The notes: generated by a model from the letters alone, not told the origin. Positions 51,041 to 63,322 are shown, counted from the first letter of the whole stretch. The stretch is DNA of 63,322 nucleotides, filler included, from Trichosphaerium sp. ATCC 40318 (GCA_038496445.1; 3 parts of 3 records of this genome joined end to end with filler, not necessarily neighbours in it), one strand, 5' to 3'. Numbers and translations: made by a program.

Positions 51041-51364
51041 CGTAGAGTGCTGGTTTATTAAGTCAATACCTAATCAAACCTTAAACAGTTTAACAGAGGT
51101 TGCTACAGTCCAAACATAACTCACTAAGATGACTGTCATATTCTGTCTATGGGTACGCCTCAAGGTTTAAAGTAGCATCTCTAAGTGAGCAATTGGGTAT
51201 TATAAAGTCTACAGAGGCCTGTAGCAGTCATTAGTGCGTTGATGTTGGAAACAAAGACCAAACTACAAACACATCTTTTACTAAAGAAATTGAAAGTATA
51301 GATCAAGTCAATACCACCTACGGCAACAAAGTGAACATGATTAATTTGTCTATTATTATCTTGT

Positions 51365-53741
51365 TTATTCATTTTCTGGGCATGGAACAATTTCTGTAAT
51401 TGGATAAGTAAAATTAACCACAACATTATTCCTGTAACGCATTTTCCTATACAAAGTTGCAGCTAAAACCATTAAGATAGCAAGTACAACAACAAAACCA
51501 GCAGCTGCTATCCATGACCATACTGGTAATATTTGTGAAACGCCTGACTTTGAAGAACACTCCGAAATCAACAGACTAATTGTGCCCAGAGTATCTACAA
51601 TAGGAATCAGCAAGATATATTAACGATAGTCAGTATACTTGTACCTATTGTCCGTGTACACGCCTTGTTTTCAAGTTTGATTTGTTTCGTATCAATAGCT
51701 GCACAAAAAGCTGGATAGGAAAGTAATGTGATATTGTCAAATGATTCAAGCTTGTTGTTTGTTATTATTGTAAGATTGCTAATATCAGGACAACTATCTG
51801 CAAACACAATACTTGGTTGTTCATATTCAATAGTCTGTGGGAGTACTATTGTTGTATTTACTATGACGGTATTACCTGAAAGATGTGAATAAGTTGAAAT
51901 ACAAATAATTCAGGCATACCTGTTAGAACTAGTGGCCGTGTTAAGTTTAACACAGTATTTATAATTGTAGCATTTTTACAAGACGGTATCTCACAATTAG
52001 GATCAGGTGACTCAGTTGGAGTAGCTGTAGTAACAGGTGCTGATGTCGTAGGTGCTATAGTTGTAGGAATCATAGTTGTAGGGGCTATAGTTGTAGGCGC
52101 TGCAGTTGTAGGCGCTGCAGTTGTAGGAGCAATTGTTGTTGGAGAAGATGGCAACGGTGTATACAGGTTTATTGTATCTCCCGCTGCTGCTAAGAAGTTA
52201 CCTTTGCTTCATGTGAGACTCAAGATCAACTGTGTTGATAAAATTATAGCGTACCACTAGGCAGAACAATACCTGACTGGCATGTTGCTGCACATTCTCC
52301 GAAGTATGTAATTGCGATATTGCCTTGCAATATATTTTCCAGCAAAACATATTGGGAATTTGCTCCAACTACAAAGTTGTCATTCCATGGCTTGACTTGG
52401 AAGTAATCAATATCTATTACGCTATCTGGAGATAGAATTTCGGTTACTATGGCTATGGGAATATAAGCAAAGAGTACAAACAATATCTTAACAAAATTAA
52501 GTCACAACTTGTGAGACTTGTATTGCCTTAGAAACACGTACAAGTATGGTTTAATAGATATATACCACCACTGGTAGAACTTGATGATGAGAATGTAGTA
52601 GCCAGAAGTAGCGCACTATTGACAAAACTAACACCTTGAACAATGATTGTCCTACTATGATCAGGTCCTTCAACAGGAAGCGGAATGCAATACAAGAGAG
52701 TATCTAATACAAATGTGTTATCACTTGTAAAATTGAAAGGGTAAAAAGCTATATAACTGTTACGATTTTAGGGTGAATCTAGCTGCTTTAAAACGGAAGA
52801 CAACGATGCGTACCATCTACTATTCTGAACACAGTAATACATCCTGTTCTTAACGCAACAGCTACTTCTGTCTCTTCGGGATTTACTGATACCTGTTTCC
52901 AACTGTAACTTGATGTAGACTTACTGACATCTTCTGGAAAGGGTAAACATGCTTGAGGCACTACATTACAAAGCTAGTTATTTACAACACGTGATAGAAG
53001 GTTAATACGGAATGAAAACTCTTCCGTTCAAAGGTACCTTCGGTAGTCGCTGAAAGCGTGTTTATTGGATTCATAGAGGAATCGAATATTGTCTATCAAA
53101 CAAATCAGAATAGTATAAAACGCGTGCGAGCTACTTTAAAGGCGTATTCAGTGAATATATTTTCAGTTCTAGAAAACGAGAAACGTACAAAAAAACACCA
53201 AAAAAAATGCCGAACTTTTAGTTTCCTACGTACCAATGCGTTTGGCGTTGTTTTTGACGTATATACTTTACCGCTAGCAGTCGCTTGCACTGATTGAGGT
53301 TGAAAAGAACTGAAAGAGCCACCATCCCACGTTGTAAGGTTATGTACAATTGTGCCTTTGTAAATCGTAAGGATTAGAGGGTTCTTTGGCCTTTTTTGTT
53401 ACCAACCATTTGTTAGCTCAATAAACAGCAAGCTACCTCCATCTGGAACCGAACCCGACGATGAAGCAATAACTAAAAGCCCATCAGGCGTAATATCGAC
53501 ATCTTGCGCTTCCATTCCTTCGAAATCTACACCAAGCATCAGAAAACGCGTTGGGACCTTCCTGTTTGTGTATAATTACAATAAAACAATTACCTATTGA
53601 GTTAACCAATTGTGACGCTAGTAAAGATGTTAGATGATACTGGAGTACTCTACACGTACTTGTGGGTTGTGCGTACAAAGAAACATTAATTAAGAACAGC
53701 GCTAGTACAATTGTATAGTAATATATTCTCTGCATCATCAT
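51365..53741 (-). CDS. Type I membrane glycoprotein with Pro/Thr mucin stalk
   Basis: Signal peptide MMMQRIYYYTIVLALFLINVSLYA; (TIAPT/TAAPT)n at about 52020-52150; TM WIAAAGFVVVLAILMVLAA followed by YRKMR. Confidence 0.7.
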
Positions 53742-54686
53742 GTGTACGTTATGTGCAATGGGCTGAATTTATACTTCTCAAGTCCTAATTAGGAGCTTAA
53801 AGCAATTTAGGAAAGAAAAGCTACCAAAAACAAAAAAACGAAGAACGTCCGTAACTTTAACCTAGCGTAGCATACGCTAGCACTATCAAACCGTCTGTGT
53901 ACAATATTTCCCTTGGTTCTGTATTCTAGGCCTGTACCGCTTGCAGAATTAGTTAACTGTATTTGGTAAGAAAATAGTAAGAACTAACCCACAATTTTGT
54001 GCTTATTCTTCCGATTCAGTAGCAAGGAGAAACCAAAATAACAAATTTTACTCCAAACAAGAGATAGAGCACGATTAGCAAGGTAACAGTTAGATCATTT
54101 CTACGATACCCTGTATGCATAAAGAAAACAGCGCTCATGGTGTCTACAAGAATCGTTTCAACGCTTTGTATGTTAAGTGTTGTATCAAAACCCTAACCCC
54201 TTGACGATCAAAAGCGCAATGCAAAAATAGCAATATCCCTTATTGTTGAACCCAGAATCTACTGAGCTGTAGTGCGAATGCCATTATTGCATTCACTTTT
54301 TTGTAGGAAGTAATTGGATTCGTATGGTGGATACCATGAGATTGCTCACTCTTCAAAAGGTTTCTAGGAGTCACACTTTATGGAAATGTTGATAAAACGA
54401 ATAACGAAAAACTGCATTCTGTATGAACCGTCACTCATCATCAATGACAGCATTTCTTAGATTATTATTCAAACTGACGCAATCATGGTAACAACAACAT
54501 AGGATACTTTTATTTTATTTTCGAACTTTGAAAAATATGATTTCAACACTTGTTGTATGATTCTTGGAATATAGCCAGTTTGCGTTCTTGTGTTTGTCTT
54601 TTGATACCCAAAACTGCACACCAAAAACAAACCCAAACAACCAAACAACCCAAACTAAACAGGCCAACAACTCAAAGCCACGAATA

Positions 54687-55967
54687 ATGCAAAAATCTCT
54701 AGATATCCCGACCTATATTTTAGGCATGAACGACTATGGTCTTGCTGCAGGTGGTCAATCAAATTGCCATTTAATAGATACGTCCAACAAGGAATGGTGG
54801 CAATCATTTGTTATTTCGTACGTGAGAGACGTTGGAGGCAAACCTGCGTATAAAATTGCTACCTACAAACCTACGAACCCATATCTTGTACGCTCACAAT
54901 ATACTCATCTCAAGAAGCTTACTTTGATAAGGAAAACACAATTTTGACAGTAGCATCCAAGGTTGGGCTTTTCCTTGATCACTACGACGAAGAAAAGATA
55001 ACGGACCTTCAAGTTTGGTGGATCGAGGACGATAAACAGTACCCAGGGTGTACGCTAGTGAATTTTTTTTTTCAAAGCATGTTTTTTGTCTCACGTTCTT
55101 GGTTTTGTAGATTCAAATATACGCCATGTGAACAGCAACAGTTATGTAATGATACCATACCCAAAGATATCTAATAGCCGCGGTGGTGGACGGGTAATGT
55201 TTGGTCCAGTAAGTATAGTTAATACTGTTCCATCCGCGCCTCCGATGATTCAGTTCAAGCTACATACCATACCAGGTTACAAGCCTAATATTGAGCTAAC
55301 CTTACCTTTGCCTGACAAATTCGGGCCTTTCTATCTTAAAAATAAGAACAGTGGATTGGTTCTAGATGTGAGAGGTACACCACTTATAGAAACAATAAAG
55401 ATTGTTATGTCGACACAACTAATCTTATTTTTAGGAGACAGCAAAGACAATTGTACACCTCTCATTCAGAACACGCAAAATTCAGGCGACGGATCCCAAC
55501 TTTTCTTATTGGAGAAGAAAAAAGAAGTAAACGGAAAGCCAGCGTACAACATTCTCGTCAAGTTTTCTGGCAAGGTACTTAGTCATTCTCTATTTGTTTC
55601 TTGTGATGTAATATCTGATGTGCCTTCAAGGGAGTAGATATCAATACAGGAAGTGTTGATAATGGGGCAGTACTGATAGAGTTTTATTATCATGGCCACG
55701 ATAACCAACATTATTTCATAGAACCAAAGAAGGATGGATGTGCATCTTTTTTTTTTATCACTTGATTTCGCTACTTTTTTTTTACACCTAACTCCTTTAT
55801 CAGACTTCAACCTTGTTAATGTCAAGTCCGGTAAAGCCGTAGAAGTTAGAGACTCGAGCAAGACTCCAGGTGAAAGAATACAACAATGGGAAAAGAACGA
55901 CGGTGACAATCAATTATTTCATTTCAAAACCGCTGACGGCAAACTCTGGACAAACTCTTCTGACTGA
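54687..55967 (+). CDS. Ricin-B (beta-trefoil) lectin domain protein
   Basis: LKNKNSGLVLDV, NSGDGSQLF, LVNVKSGKAVEV..RIQQW..GDNQLF (QxW/F repeats). Confidence 0.8.
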
Positions 55968-56112
55968 CCGACCCTCACTCTTCAAGCATAAGCTGTATGA
56001 ATCTTGTTGCAGTGCTGCTTACCAAAATTGTTATTTTGCTACAATAAATTCAAGCTTGTTTTGACGTATCAAGACACGTGATAAATAGTGCATTACCAAA
56101 ACGATTAATGTG

Positions 56113-56219
56113 TGTAATGTACTTTCTCGTACTAATTCTCATCTCCGACTTAACCTTGTAACACACCTTAAAGACATCAGTTGATACCGCTAAACTAATT
56201 GCCGTTCATCTGTATTACA
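56113..56219 (+). repeat. 5' LTR (107 bp)
   Basis: Identical to 61757-61863. Confidence 0.97.
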
Positions 56220-56286
56220 TTTGGCGACACTACGCTTATTTGTTCCTACCTTCCCTCGACACTATTAGTTCCCATAATTTATTTTC

Positions 56287-56978
56287 ATGGCTACCAGCAC
56301 TATTTTCGACGTAGAATTCGATCCCATACAGTACCTACCCAAATTTGGTGACATTGCCAAACTTTACGATGAAATTGTAGATCGTCGTATCAAACAGTCT
56401 AAAGCAGACATTAAAGCCTCTAGCTACACCACAGCTCCCGACCCTAAACAATCGCCTAAGATGTGGAAGTTCTCTGGCGATAAAAACTCAGATCACGTTC
56501 CCGACGTTCGTGATTGGCTCGTCCTCATGTGTGACGAAGCCACAACATCCTATTGGACCCAAGCCGAGTACGCTAAGTATTTTCGTAAATTCGTGGTTAA
56601 AGATGCCATCTTTGCCGTGAAATACGTTACGACCGACACTGAAGTCACCGTCAAATATACTTCCGCCACCGGTATCAAACGCCACGCTGTTTCCAAAGTG
56701 TATCCCCTCATCGTGGCCCTCATGCGACGCTATCTCAACACTGGCATGAGCACTACCGCCCAAAACGAGCTTTTACAGCTCTCGCAAGGTTCATCTTCTG
56801 TACGAGAATATTTTCAACGTTTTCGTGCGCTTGCTTTTGAATCAAACATGATGGTTATTTCCAACATGGTTTTTCTCACCTCTACCTTTATGAACGGTCT
56901 CCGGCAAGATCTTAAAGGTTATGTTGCATCCGATGATTACAAGAGTTTGGAAGACCTCTGCGCCAAAGCCGAACGTAT
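56287..56978 (+). CDS. gag: Gag (capsid), truncated by the insertion
   Basis: ELLQLSQGSSSVREYFQRFRALA...FMNGLRQDLK, typical of retrotransposon gag. No Zn knuckle seen. Confidence 0.85.
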
Positions 56979-58954
56979 CAGGTCTGAAAATTATCATGGT
57001 ATAATACCATATTTTATGGTATAATCACCTTTTATGGTACAAGCTCAGTATAATCCATAATTATACCATATAATTATACCATAAAATATGGTATAATACC
57101 ATGTTTTTTGGACAAATGGTATAACAGCCATTATACCATGTTTATACCATATCTCAATTTATAGAATATAATTATACCATAAAACATGGTATTATACCAT
57201 GGTATTATACCACATTTTACAGTATATTATACCATGCATTATACCATATAATTATACCATAAAACATGGTACTATACCATGGTATTATACTGCATTTTAA
57301 AGTATATTATACCATGCATTATACCATATAATTATACCATAAAACACAGTATTATACCATGGTATTATACTGTATTTTAAAGTATTGTATACCGTGCATT
57401 ATACCATATAATTATACCATAAAATGTGGTATTATACCGTGGTATTATACTGTATAAGTATAAGTTAGTCAAAGCTCACTTGGTCTGCACTTGATTTAAT
57501 AGCATATGGACCTACGCAAATGCCATACCACACAATGCTTTGACAGTAGCCGTTATTGAACATAATTGGCACATAAATGTGTGAAAAACAGTTTTAAGAG
57601 AGAAATCTGGTAACGCGCCCCAATTACGGGCGTTTTAGGGATAAATTGGCCAACTTTCTCCGATTAATGGTATTTGAGGAAGAAACCACTCCGCGTACCC
57701 CATGTTAGAACGCTACAGTGGTAGACACACCAAAAACGCGTTTAGCGCTCAAAAAATGCCCATTCGCAAAAAACCTCCAATTGGAGGTTTTTTTCTCCGG
57801 CTCTCATTTTTTTCTCCCCTCCATAGGCATTTTTACACTCAATCAACGCCATACAGCCTCATTTACCAAATCAGGAGCAAAATTATTTATTTTTTTTTGA
57901 CATTCTTGATATATGCCCCAATGTGTGTTAAACCGCGCAAGTAGTGTTATAAGGCAAAGTTGTTTCAGAGCTTACCCATTTTTCGAGTTTTTGGTTTTTT
58001 TTGGATTTTTTTGGATTTTTTTGGTTTTTTTCCTACTAAATGCCCGCATTTGCCGGAACAGATAGCATTTAGGCTCTGCACCCATGCGTTGACCTTACGA
58101 GTGATATTGTAAACTAATTGGCTAAGCCAGGGCATAAAACTAAGTCTTGACCAGTTTATCGCCCACACAACACAAGGTACGCTAGAAAGTAGTTGTTTTA
58201 AAGCTGTTTGCCATAGGTTTTACAGGCTTAATAGGTGATATAAAAAAAACAAAACATGTTAGCCGCCCAACCAGGTACTATTCCGCTAGAACTCGTTTCC
58301 GATGAGGTTGGTAGCTATTTTCATTTCTTTGTTTTAGTCAAGTTTGGCTTCACCGCGCAGGTCATTTGTTACTCTCAGTGCTGCCATCACAACAAAACAG
58401 CAATTTTTGTACGACTATTTATTTTGTGTACAAGAAACCAAGCCGGCGCTAACTCTTCTTTTAGGTTTCATGCTATATCCATTCAATGCACTTACAGCAA
58501 GTACGATCTGTTCTTTTAAGGTTATTTGATCACTGTAAAAAAAGGACATGGGCAAAACTAAAGGTCACGGATGTAAACAAAAAAAAGATGTATTAATAAA
58601 TGTGTTTTTATTTTTAGAACAGTTTTTACACGGTATAATACACCTGGTTTTGTGGTATAATATACCAAGTTTTAAGGTATAATATACCAGGCTTTATGGT
58701 ATTATACTGTGTTTTATACCATGTTTTATGGTAGAATTATACCATATAATGCATTTTTTCAGGTGAAAAAATATGGTATAAATTCGCACTTTCTACTGTA
58801 TATTTATGGTATAATTTGGCTGTTTCATGGTATAAATCCTTTGATTTATGGTATATTATACTGGAATTTGTGGTATAAAATTGGAATCAATGGTATAATT
58901 ATACCACAAATTCATGGTATCTACCATAAAAACAGCTCGAGAATTTTAGACCTG
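56979..58954. mobile_element. 1976-bp non-coding TIR element (non-autonomous DNA transposon, hAT- or foldback-like) with subterminal repeat arrays
   Basis: Ends CAGGTCTGAAAATT... and ...AATTTTAGACCTG. GGTATAAT/ATTATACC motif arrays lie at both ends (80-bp period at 57171-57450; about 22-bp period near 58630-58710). No TSD and no long ORF. Confidence 0.8.
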
Positions 58955-61706
58955 TAATGACGCTCTCAACCATCTACAAGCTGCGAAGTTCTTTTCCACT
59001 CTCGACGCCCCTTCTGGATTTTGGCACATTCCTGTATCTGAAGCCGATAGACATAAGACAGCTTTTTCCACACGAGATGGTTTATACGAATGGAATCGAA
59101 TGCCCTTTGGCCTTACCAACGCTCCAGCTACGTTTCAAAGAACAATGAACGTCTTGATGTCCGGGCTTGCGTGGCATGTATGCTTGGTATACATGGACGA
59201 TATCATTGTCTATTCCTCAAACTTTGAAGACCATCTTATTGCACTTCTGTTGGTTTTCGAGCGTGTTATTGAATCTGGTTTTACATTAAGAGCAGATAAG
59301 TGTCAGTTTTTTAAAACAAAGATAGCTTATCTTGGACACCTCATATCTGCCGACGGAGTACAAATCAATCCAGAGCACACCGAGTGCGTTCTTAAGGCGA
59401 GACCTCCTAAAAACCCCCCAGAACTTCGTACGTTTCTTGGCATGGCCAACTACTATCGCAAGTTCATTAAACAATATGCGCACATATCCGAACCGTTACA
59501 GAAGCTATTGTGTAAAGATGTTGTTTGGGTTTGGTCTGGTCCTCAAACGCGTGCATTCAAGCTTCTCAAAAGCATGTTAACATCTGCTCCAATACTTGCT
59601 CTCCCTAGATTTGATAGACCCTTTCAACTGTATACCGACGGCTCAGGATACGCTTCCGGTGCAGTCTTAGAACAATTGGACAACAATGGCAATGGACATG
59701 TTATTTCCTACTTTTCCAAAGCACACTCAGTACACGAACGTAAGTACAAGAATACGACTGAGTGGGAATGTCTGGCACTCATCCGATCACTCGAGAAGTT
59801 CCGTTCCTTCCTTCTTTACAACAAGGTCACTATATATATTGATCATTCCGCGATCAAGTATATTCTGCAGTCTAAACATCTAAAACCCAAGTATGCTCGA
59901 TGGGCTCTACAGTTGGAAGATTACGACTACACTATTGTTCACAGACCTGGTCGCTGGCACGCTAACGCAGATGGCCCTAGTCGTAATCCTATCGCCAATG
60001 TCAATGCTGCCTCAGATAAGATCCGCATCACTCCTTCGTTACAGACAGCAGATCCGGCGTTAACAGATATCTACGCGTACCTCTCCACAGGCAAACTCCC
60101 TAAAGGCAAAAGCGCACATAGACGTATATTGGCACAAGCTGAAACTTATTTTATTGATGAAAATTCAAAGCTTCTTTTTCGACAATGGATTCCTGCTAAG
60201 TCTTCACCTGATGCGCAGCCGTTTCACCAACTCTGTGTCCCTGCTTCCATGATAAAAGTTGTTCTTGCTTCCTCGCATGACGACATGGGACACCAGATGT
60301 ATATGCGTACTTACAATACAATACGCAGATCCTTCTATTGGCGCAATATGAGCAAAGATGTCAAAAACTGGTGTGCAAACTGTTCCAAGTGCATATCACG
60401 CAAAGGTCCCCGACATAAGCTTTTTTCTCCCATGCGATCGACAGTGTCCAATATCCCCTGGCACACCGTCTCTATTGACGCTCTCAAGTTACCAAAGTCA
60501 CAACGTGGTAATTGCAAAGTCATCATCCTTACTGACTTGTGCACAAAATACATTGAAGCCGTTGCATTACCTGATGAAACCTCTGAACGTGTTGCAGATT
60601 GGCTCTACAACCACGCATTCCAGCGCTGGGGCTACCCGTCCAGACTGTTATCGGATCGTGGCGAAAATTTTCTTAGTTCAGTTCTCGCTGAGCTCAACAA
60701 AATTTTTCATATTCGCAAGCTTAGTACCACCGCGTATCATCCTCAAACAAATGGCCAAGTAGAACGTTTCAATCGTACACTCATTGAAATGTTATCGATG
60801 TACGTTGGTGACGACCATGATGATTGGGATGACTTCCTTCCCCAATGTGTCCAAGCGTATAACTTCGCTCCTCACGCCTCTACCAAACAGTCTCCATATT
60901 TCTTGATGACTGGCCGTATTGGGCGTTCTGCAACTCATGCTTTTTTGCTGCCGTCCTCCCCTGTCGATGCGCCTCCTTCAAAGTTTACTACTACGCTCAC
61001 ATCGCGACTTTCAACAGCACTTGACATTGCAAACAAAGTTGCCAATAAGAAACGCGAATACCAAAAATCCTACCATGATCGTACCAGAGGTTCTGTCCAC
61101 AAAGAGTACACGCCTGGTTCTTGGGTTATGGTTAGCGTACCTAAACCTGACGGGAAATTCACCACAAAACTCTCTCGGCATTGGATAGGCCCATACCAGG
61201 TCGAGAAGAAGATATCTGCTGGCGTCTATAAAATTGATAAACCTCCAGGCGAAACTGCTTGGCACCCTGTTGTTAATGTCAAACGACTGAAGCCTTACGG
61301 AAAGTTTGACGACAACGACATCCCTGTACTACATGACAAAACCGACATACCTATGGCGAAGACGATTCTACCTCTCACGCCTATAAGAAATGCCGATGAT
61401 ACACCCAGAAAACAATCTAACCGACGAACCGTGGATACTATGGCTACCTTACTTAATCACCTCAAGTGTATTCACACCGGAATGATAAAAGCTAAGACTG
61501 ATGATGCATACAAAGCTGCTACTACCGTTCTACAAAGCATACTTACTCAAGGTTCAATATATGTTACAAGCGAGCGACGTAATACTGAATTCAAACATGA
61601 ATTAGACGATATAACATCCAACGTTGACTTTATTGATTACATCGAGTACCTTATCAATAATTTTGACACTTCATTCGCTTATGAAATCAACAAACTCAAA
61701 CGCTGA
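58955..61706 (+). CDS. pol: Pol: RT lacking its N-terminus, RNase H, integrase, plus a C-terminal extension
   Basis: FSTLDAPSGFWHI, KTAF, MPFGLTNAPATFQR, YMDD, YTDGS, HHCC (HDDMGH..CSKC), SDRG, QTNGQVERFN, WIGPY. The frame is open from 58956. Confidence 0.95.
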
Positions 61707-61756
61707 TCACTCTCATATCACAGGAGTGACATGCCTTTGGCAAATAGGGGGAGAAC

Positions 61757-61863
61757 TGTAATGTACTTTCTCGTACTAATTCTCATCTCCGACTTAACCT
61801 TGTAACACACCTTAAAGACATCAGTTGATACCGCTAAACTAATTGCCGTTCATCTGTATTACA
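61757..61863 (+). repeat. 3' LTR (107 bp)
   Basis: Identical to 56113-56219; preceded by the PPT. Confidence 0.97.
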
Positions 61864-62036
61864 TGTGTTTGAATAATTTGCCAAAATTGGCTTACAACCC
61901 GCACGTGTTAAGCCAACAAAATCTCGAAAGGAGAAAAACAAAGTGGCAACGTAGACAGTACTACGAGCATCCGGCGTTACAACGTAGAATACAATATCAC
62001 CATTGTTTACAAGAGTTGTGATATTCTCTACAAGAA

Positions 62037-63322
62037 ATGCTAAGCAGAGGTCAAACGTTCATAATTCTGGGTGCCTTTCTGGTATTGTACATACGACTTA
62101 TAGTATACATATCAAGAAACCCAATAGTATACGTATACGATAAAGCTGAGGTATGTGAGAAGAACAATAAACCTTATTTCCTTAAACGTGTCAAAACAAG
62201 CTTTTTTTGTTCAAACACCTTCCTTTCGCGTATATACGCTTAATCACACGTTTTTATACTCTAACATGCGTCTATAGGATACCAACACTTACCAACAGGT
62301 ATCTTATCTTAGAACTATCACGTGACACTCACAGCGCTTAATTTTGCTAATAAACAGCAGGTTTCAATCCAACCTACAACAATCTCACCAACGCAATCAC
62401 CTCCCACAACTAATGCGCCCACATATCCCCCAACTAACGCGCCTACAAGTACACCAACCAATTCACCTACAAGGGCGCCAACAAACGCTCCAACAAATGC
62501 ACCCATACCACCTCCGACAAACTCACCAACAAATGCTCCAACAAATGCTCCTGTCCCTCCTCCAACAAACGCTCCGACAAATGCTCCTGTGAGTAACGTG
62601 TCTCCAACGAACGCTCAAGTAGCAGGCTCTAAGATAGAGGAGGTACGGTAACACTATTATGTCTGATGTTTATTTTTCACAGCTTGGAATGCCTTCACAT
62701 GTTGAAGGAAGATTCTGTAATGAACTCTTGCCTGAAGTATCTGTATTAAGTATAGATTCTGGTCCTAGCGATATGACAAGCTTAGCTTATAGGTTTACAA
62801 CACATAAGTACACAGAACCACGTTGTGTTAATATCAAAGAAGCAAACGAGCTTTATGACTCGATAGAAAAGTAAGTGTTTCAAACTAAAGTCGAAACAAA
62901 AAAAAAGCAAGTCTTCGGTGCAAGTGCAGTAGCACTTTGTAATTTATATTCAATGTAGGAAAATTATTGATACCCAAAAAGGAGATTGTACAGATCCTAA
63001 CACTAAGTACTTTCTGTATTATCCACCCACAACGTAAGAACACTTTTTATTTGTAAATGTATTGGAACTTATACCTTGTAGTGGTTGTGGGTTTGGATGC
63101 TCAACAATGTTTGCTGTGCGTACTTTTGAATTATCACTTGTTATGAATTATACTGTGGTTATGGTCCCACAAGAAGCTGATTGGGATGTGCGTAGACCTT
63201 TTTTTTTTACGTTAATTGCTTTTTTTGGTTCAAAGAATAAAACACTCTAGTAAATTGTACTATGTCATCTTTGGTGGACTCTAATTATCTGTTTAAGTAC
63301 TATAATAGTACTTTTTGTACTA
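62037..63322 (+). CDS. Type II membrane protein with PTNAP mucin stem and FUT8/GT23-like domain, 3' truncated
   Basis: N-terminal TM segment, (PTNA/S)n stem, then DCTDP..KYFLY..GCGFGCS (cf. FUT8 DCSKAKKL..GCGYGCQ). Confidence 0.55.

Larger units (their letters stand above)
56113..61863 (+). mobile_element. Ty3/Gypsy LTR retrotransposon with an internal deletion and insertion
   Basis: Identical 107-bp LTRs with TGTAAT...ATTACA ends; 4-bp TSD TGTG (56109-56112 / 61864-61867); PBS-like TGGCGACAC at about 56222; PPT AAATAGGGGGAGAAC at 61742-61756; RT-RNaseH-INT order. Confidence 0.97.

Noticed and set aside
54186-54200. Telomere-like CCCTAA (also GGGTTTAGGG near 18915)
   Set aside because: Only one or two units; expected by chance.
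57171-57450. CRISPR-like array or DGR/retron repeat next to an RT
   Set aside because: The units are tandem near-copies without unique spacers, no cas genes are present, and the RT is a standard Gypsy Pol.
56982-58949. Insert acting as a spliceosomal intron (CAG|GT...TTTTAG|ACCTG)
   Set aside because: Splicing would leave 8 nt of the element and put Pol out of frame with gag.

Overview
AT-rich, intron-dense eukaryotic nuclear DNA, most consistent with an amoebozoan: it has an SHK-type TKL-SH2 kinase, mucin-stalk surface proteins and F-box/MORN genes. Two artificial 100-nt N/TTAATTAATTAA/N linkers split the window into three contigs: 1-16289, 16390-47503 and 47604-63322. Recognisable genes include NOP14 (caught in a 2.56-kb fold-back inverted repeat), CD2BP2/Lin1, an EF-hand/inositol-polyphosphate-kinase fusion with an aegerolysin-like tail, an SHK-like kinase, an LPA acyltransferase, a divergent PI3K-like kinase, homocysteine S-methyltransferase, a CaMK with a villin headpiece, F-box/MORN-variant repeat genes, a PA-domain multi-TM protein, RGS, Ras, RasGAP, a ricin-B lectin and a FUT8-like glycosyltransferase. 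Mobile DNA includes a tRNA-derived SINE with an 18-bp TSD, a hAT-type MITE and a young Ty3/Gypsy element with identical 107-bp LTRs. In that element the gag end, protease and RT N-terminus are missing, and a 1976-bp TIR element with palindromic repeat arrays sits at a junction that would otherwise be in frame. The most striking window-wide signal is roughly 10-fold enrichment of the palindrome CACGTG, mostly in introns. There are also two minor (U12-type) intron candidates, one with GT-AT ends, and several GC-AG introns. All exon structures were read by eye, so boundaries are approximate.
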